Part shown: positions 63,965 to 64,000 of the stretch, one piece after another
Layout: the number at the start of each line of letters is the position of its first letter
Numbering within the stretch: the first letter of the stretch is position 1
Virus record (IMG/VR): IMGVR_UViG_3300017963_007659
Location: 32,001-96,000 of that record
From: a virus
Reading direction: 5' to 3' (one strand)
Length of the DNA stretch: 64,000 nucleotides
Notes under the pieces: model-generated
The model's input: only the letters and a program-made list of their open reading frames with translations
What the model was told of the DNA's origin: nothing
The model's database searches: none
Made by a program: the position numbers and the translations under genes

Positions 63965-64000
63965 CTCACGCTCTCTTTCTTCGCTTCTTCCCCTCTTTAG

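Noticed and set aside
1-64000. Stop-codon reassignment, tRNA genes, integrase/transposase, introns or inteins
   Set aside because: Genes tile densely under code 11 with TAG, TGA and TAA all used as stops; no cloverleaf or T-loop in intergenic DNA; the polymerase length is fully explained by its three domains

Overview
This window is a gene-dense segment of a large tailed dsDNA phage genome (standard genetic code). The host is probably a Gram-negative Myxococcota/deltaproteobacterial cell, inferred from one host-style lipoprotein gene. Bases 1-49.5 kb are a plus-strand virion and lysis region with roughly 20 baseplate, fibre or decoration genes. Their modules include YadA/Hep-Hag repeats, pectin-lyase-like beta-helices, CBMs, DUF3751, DUF2190-like and DUF4376 domains. 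The region also holds an LL-H-type holin, spanin-like membrane proteins, a permuted papain-like hydrolase and small non-structural genes, one of them a frameshifted Cys-rich lipoprotein. Bases 49.5-64 kb are mostly minus-strand: a UDG-PolA fusion DNA polymerase, three orphan amino-methyltransferases (one M.BamHI-like), a divergent RlmN/Cfr-like radical-SAM enzyme and many small hypothetical genes. A four-gene plus-strand island with sigma70 promoters interrupts this block. The two most notable signals are (i) an apparent three-tier transcription code (sigma70; YYAGTCAAAG-N6-R; GGTTAYYT) paired with hairpins that bury ribosome-binding sites on read-through transcripts, and (ii) the RlmN-like enzyme, which lacks the canonical resolving cysteine and N-terminal domain. 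I found no tRNA, rRNA, CRISPR array, integrase or transposase. Family assignments come from recognising motifs by eye, not from database searches.
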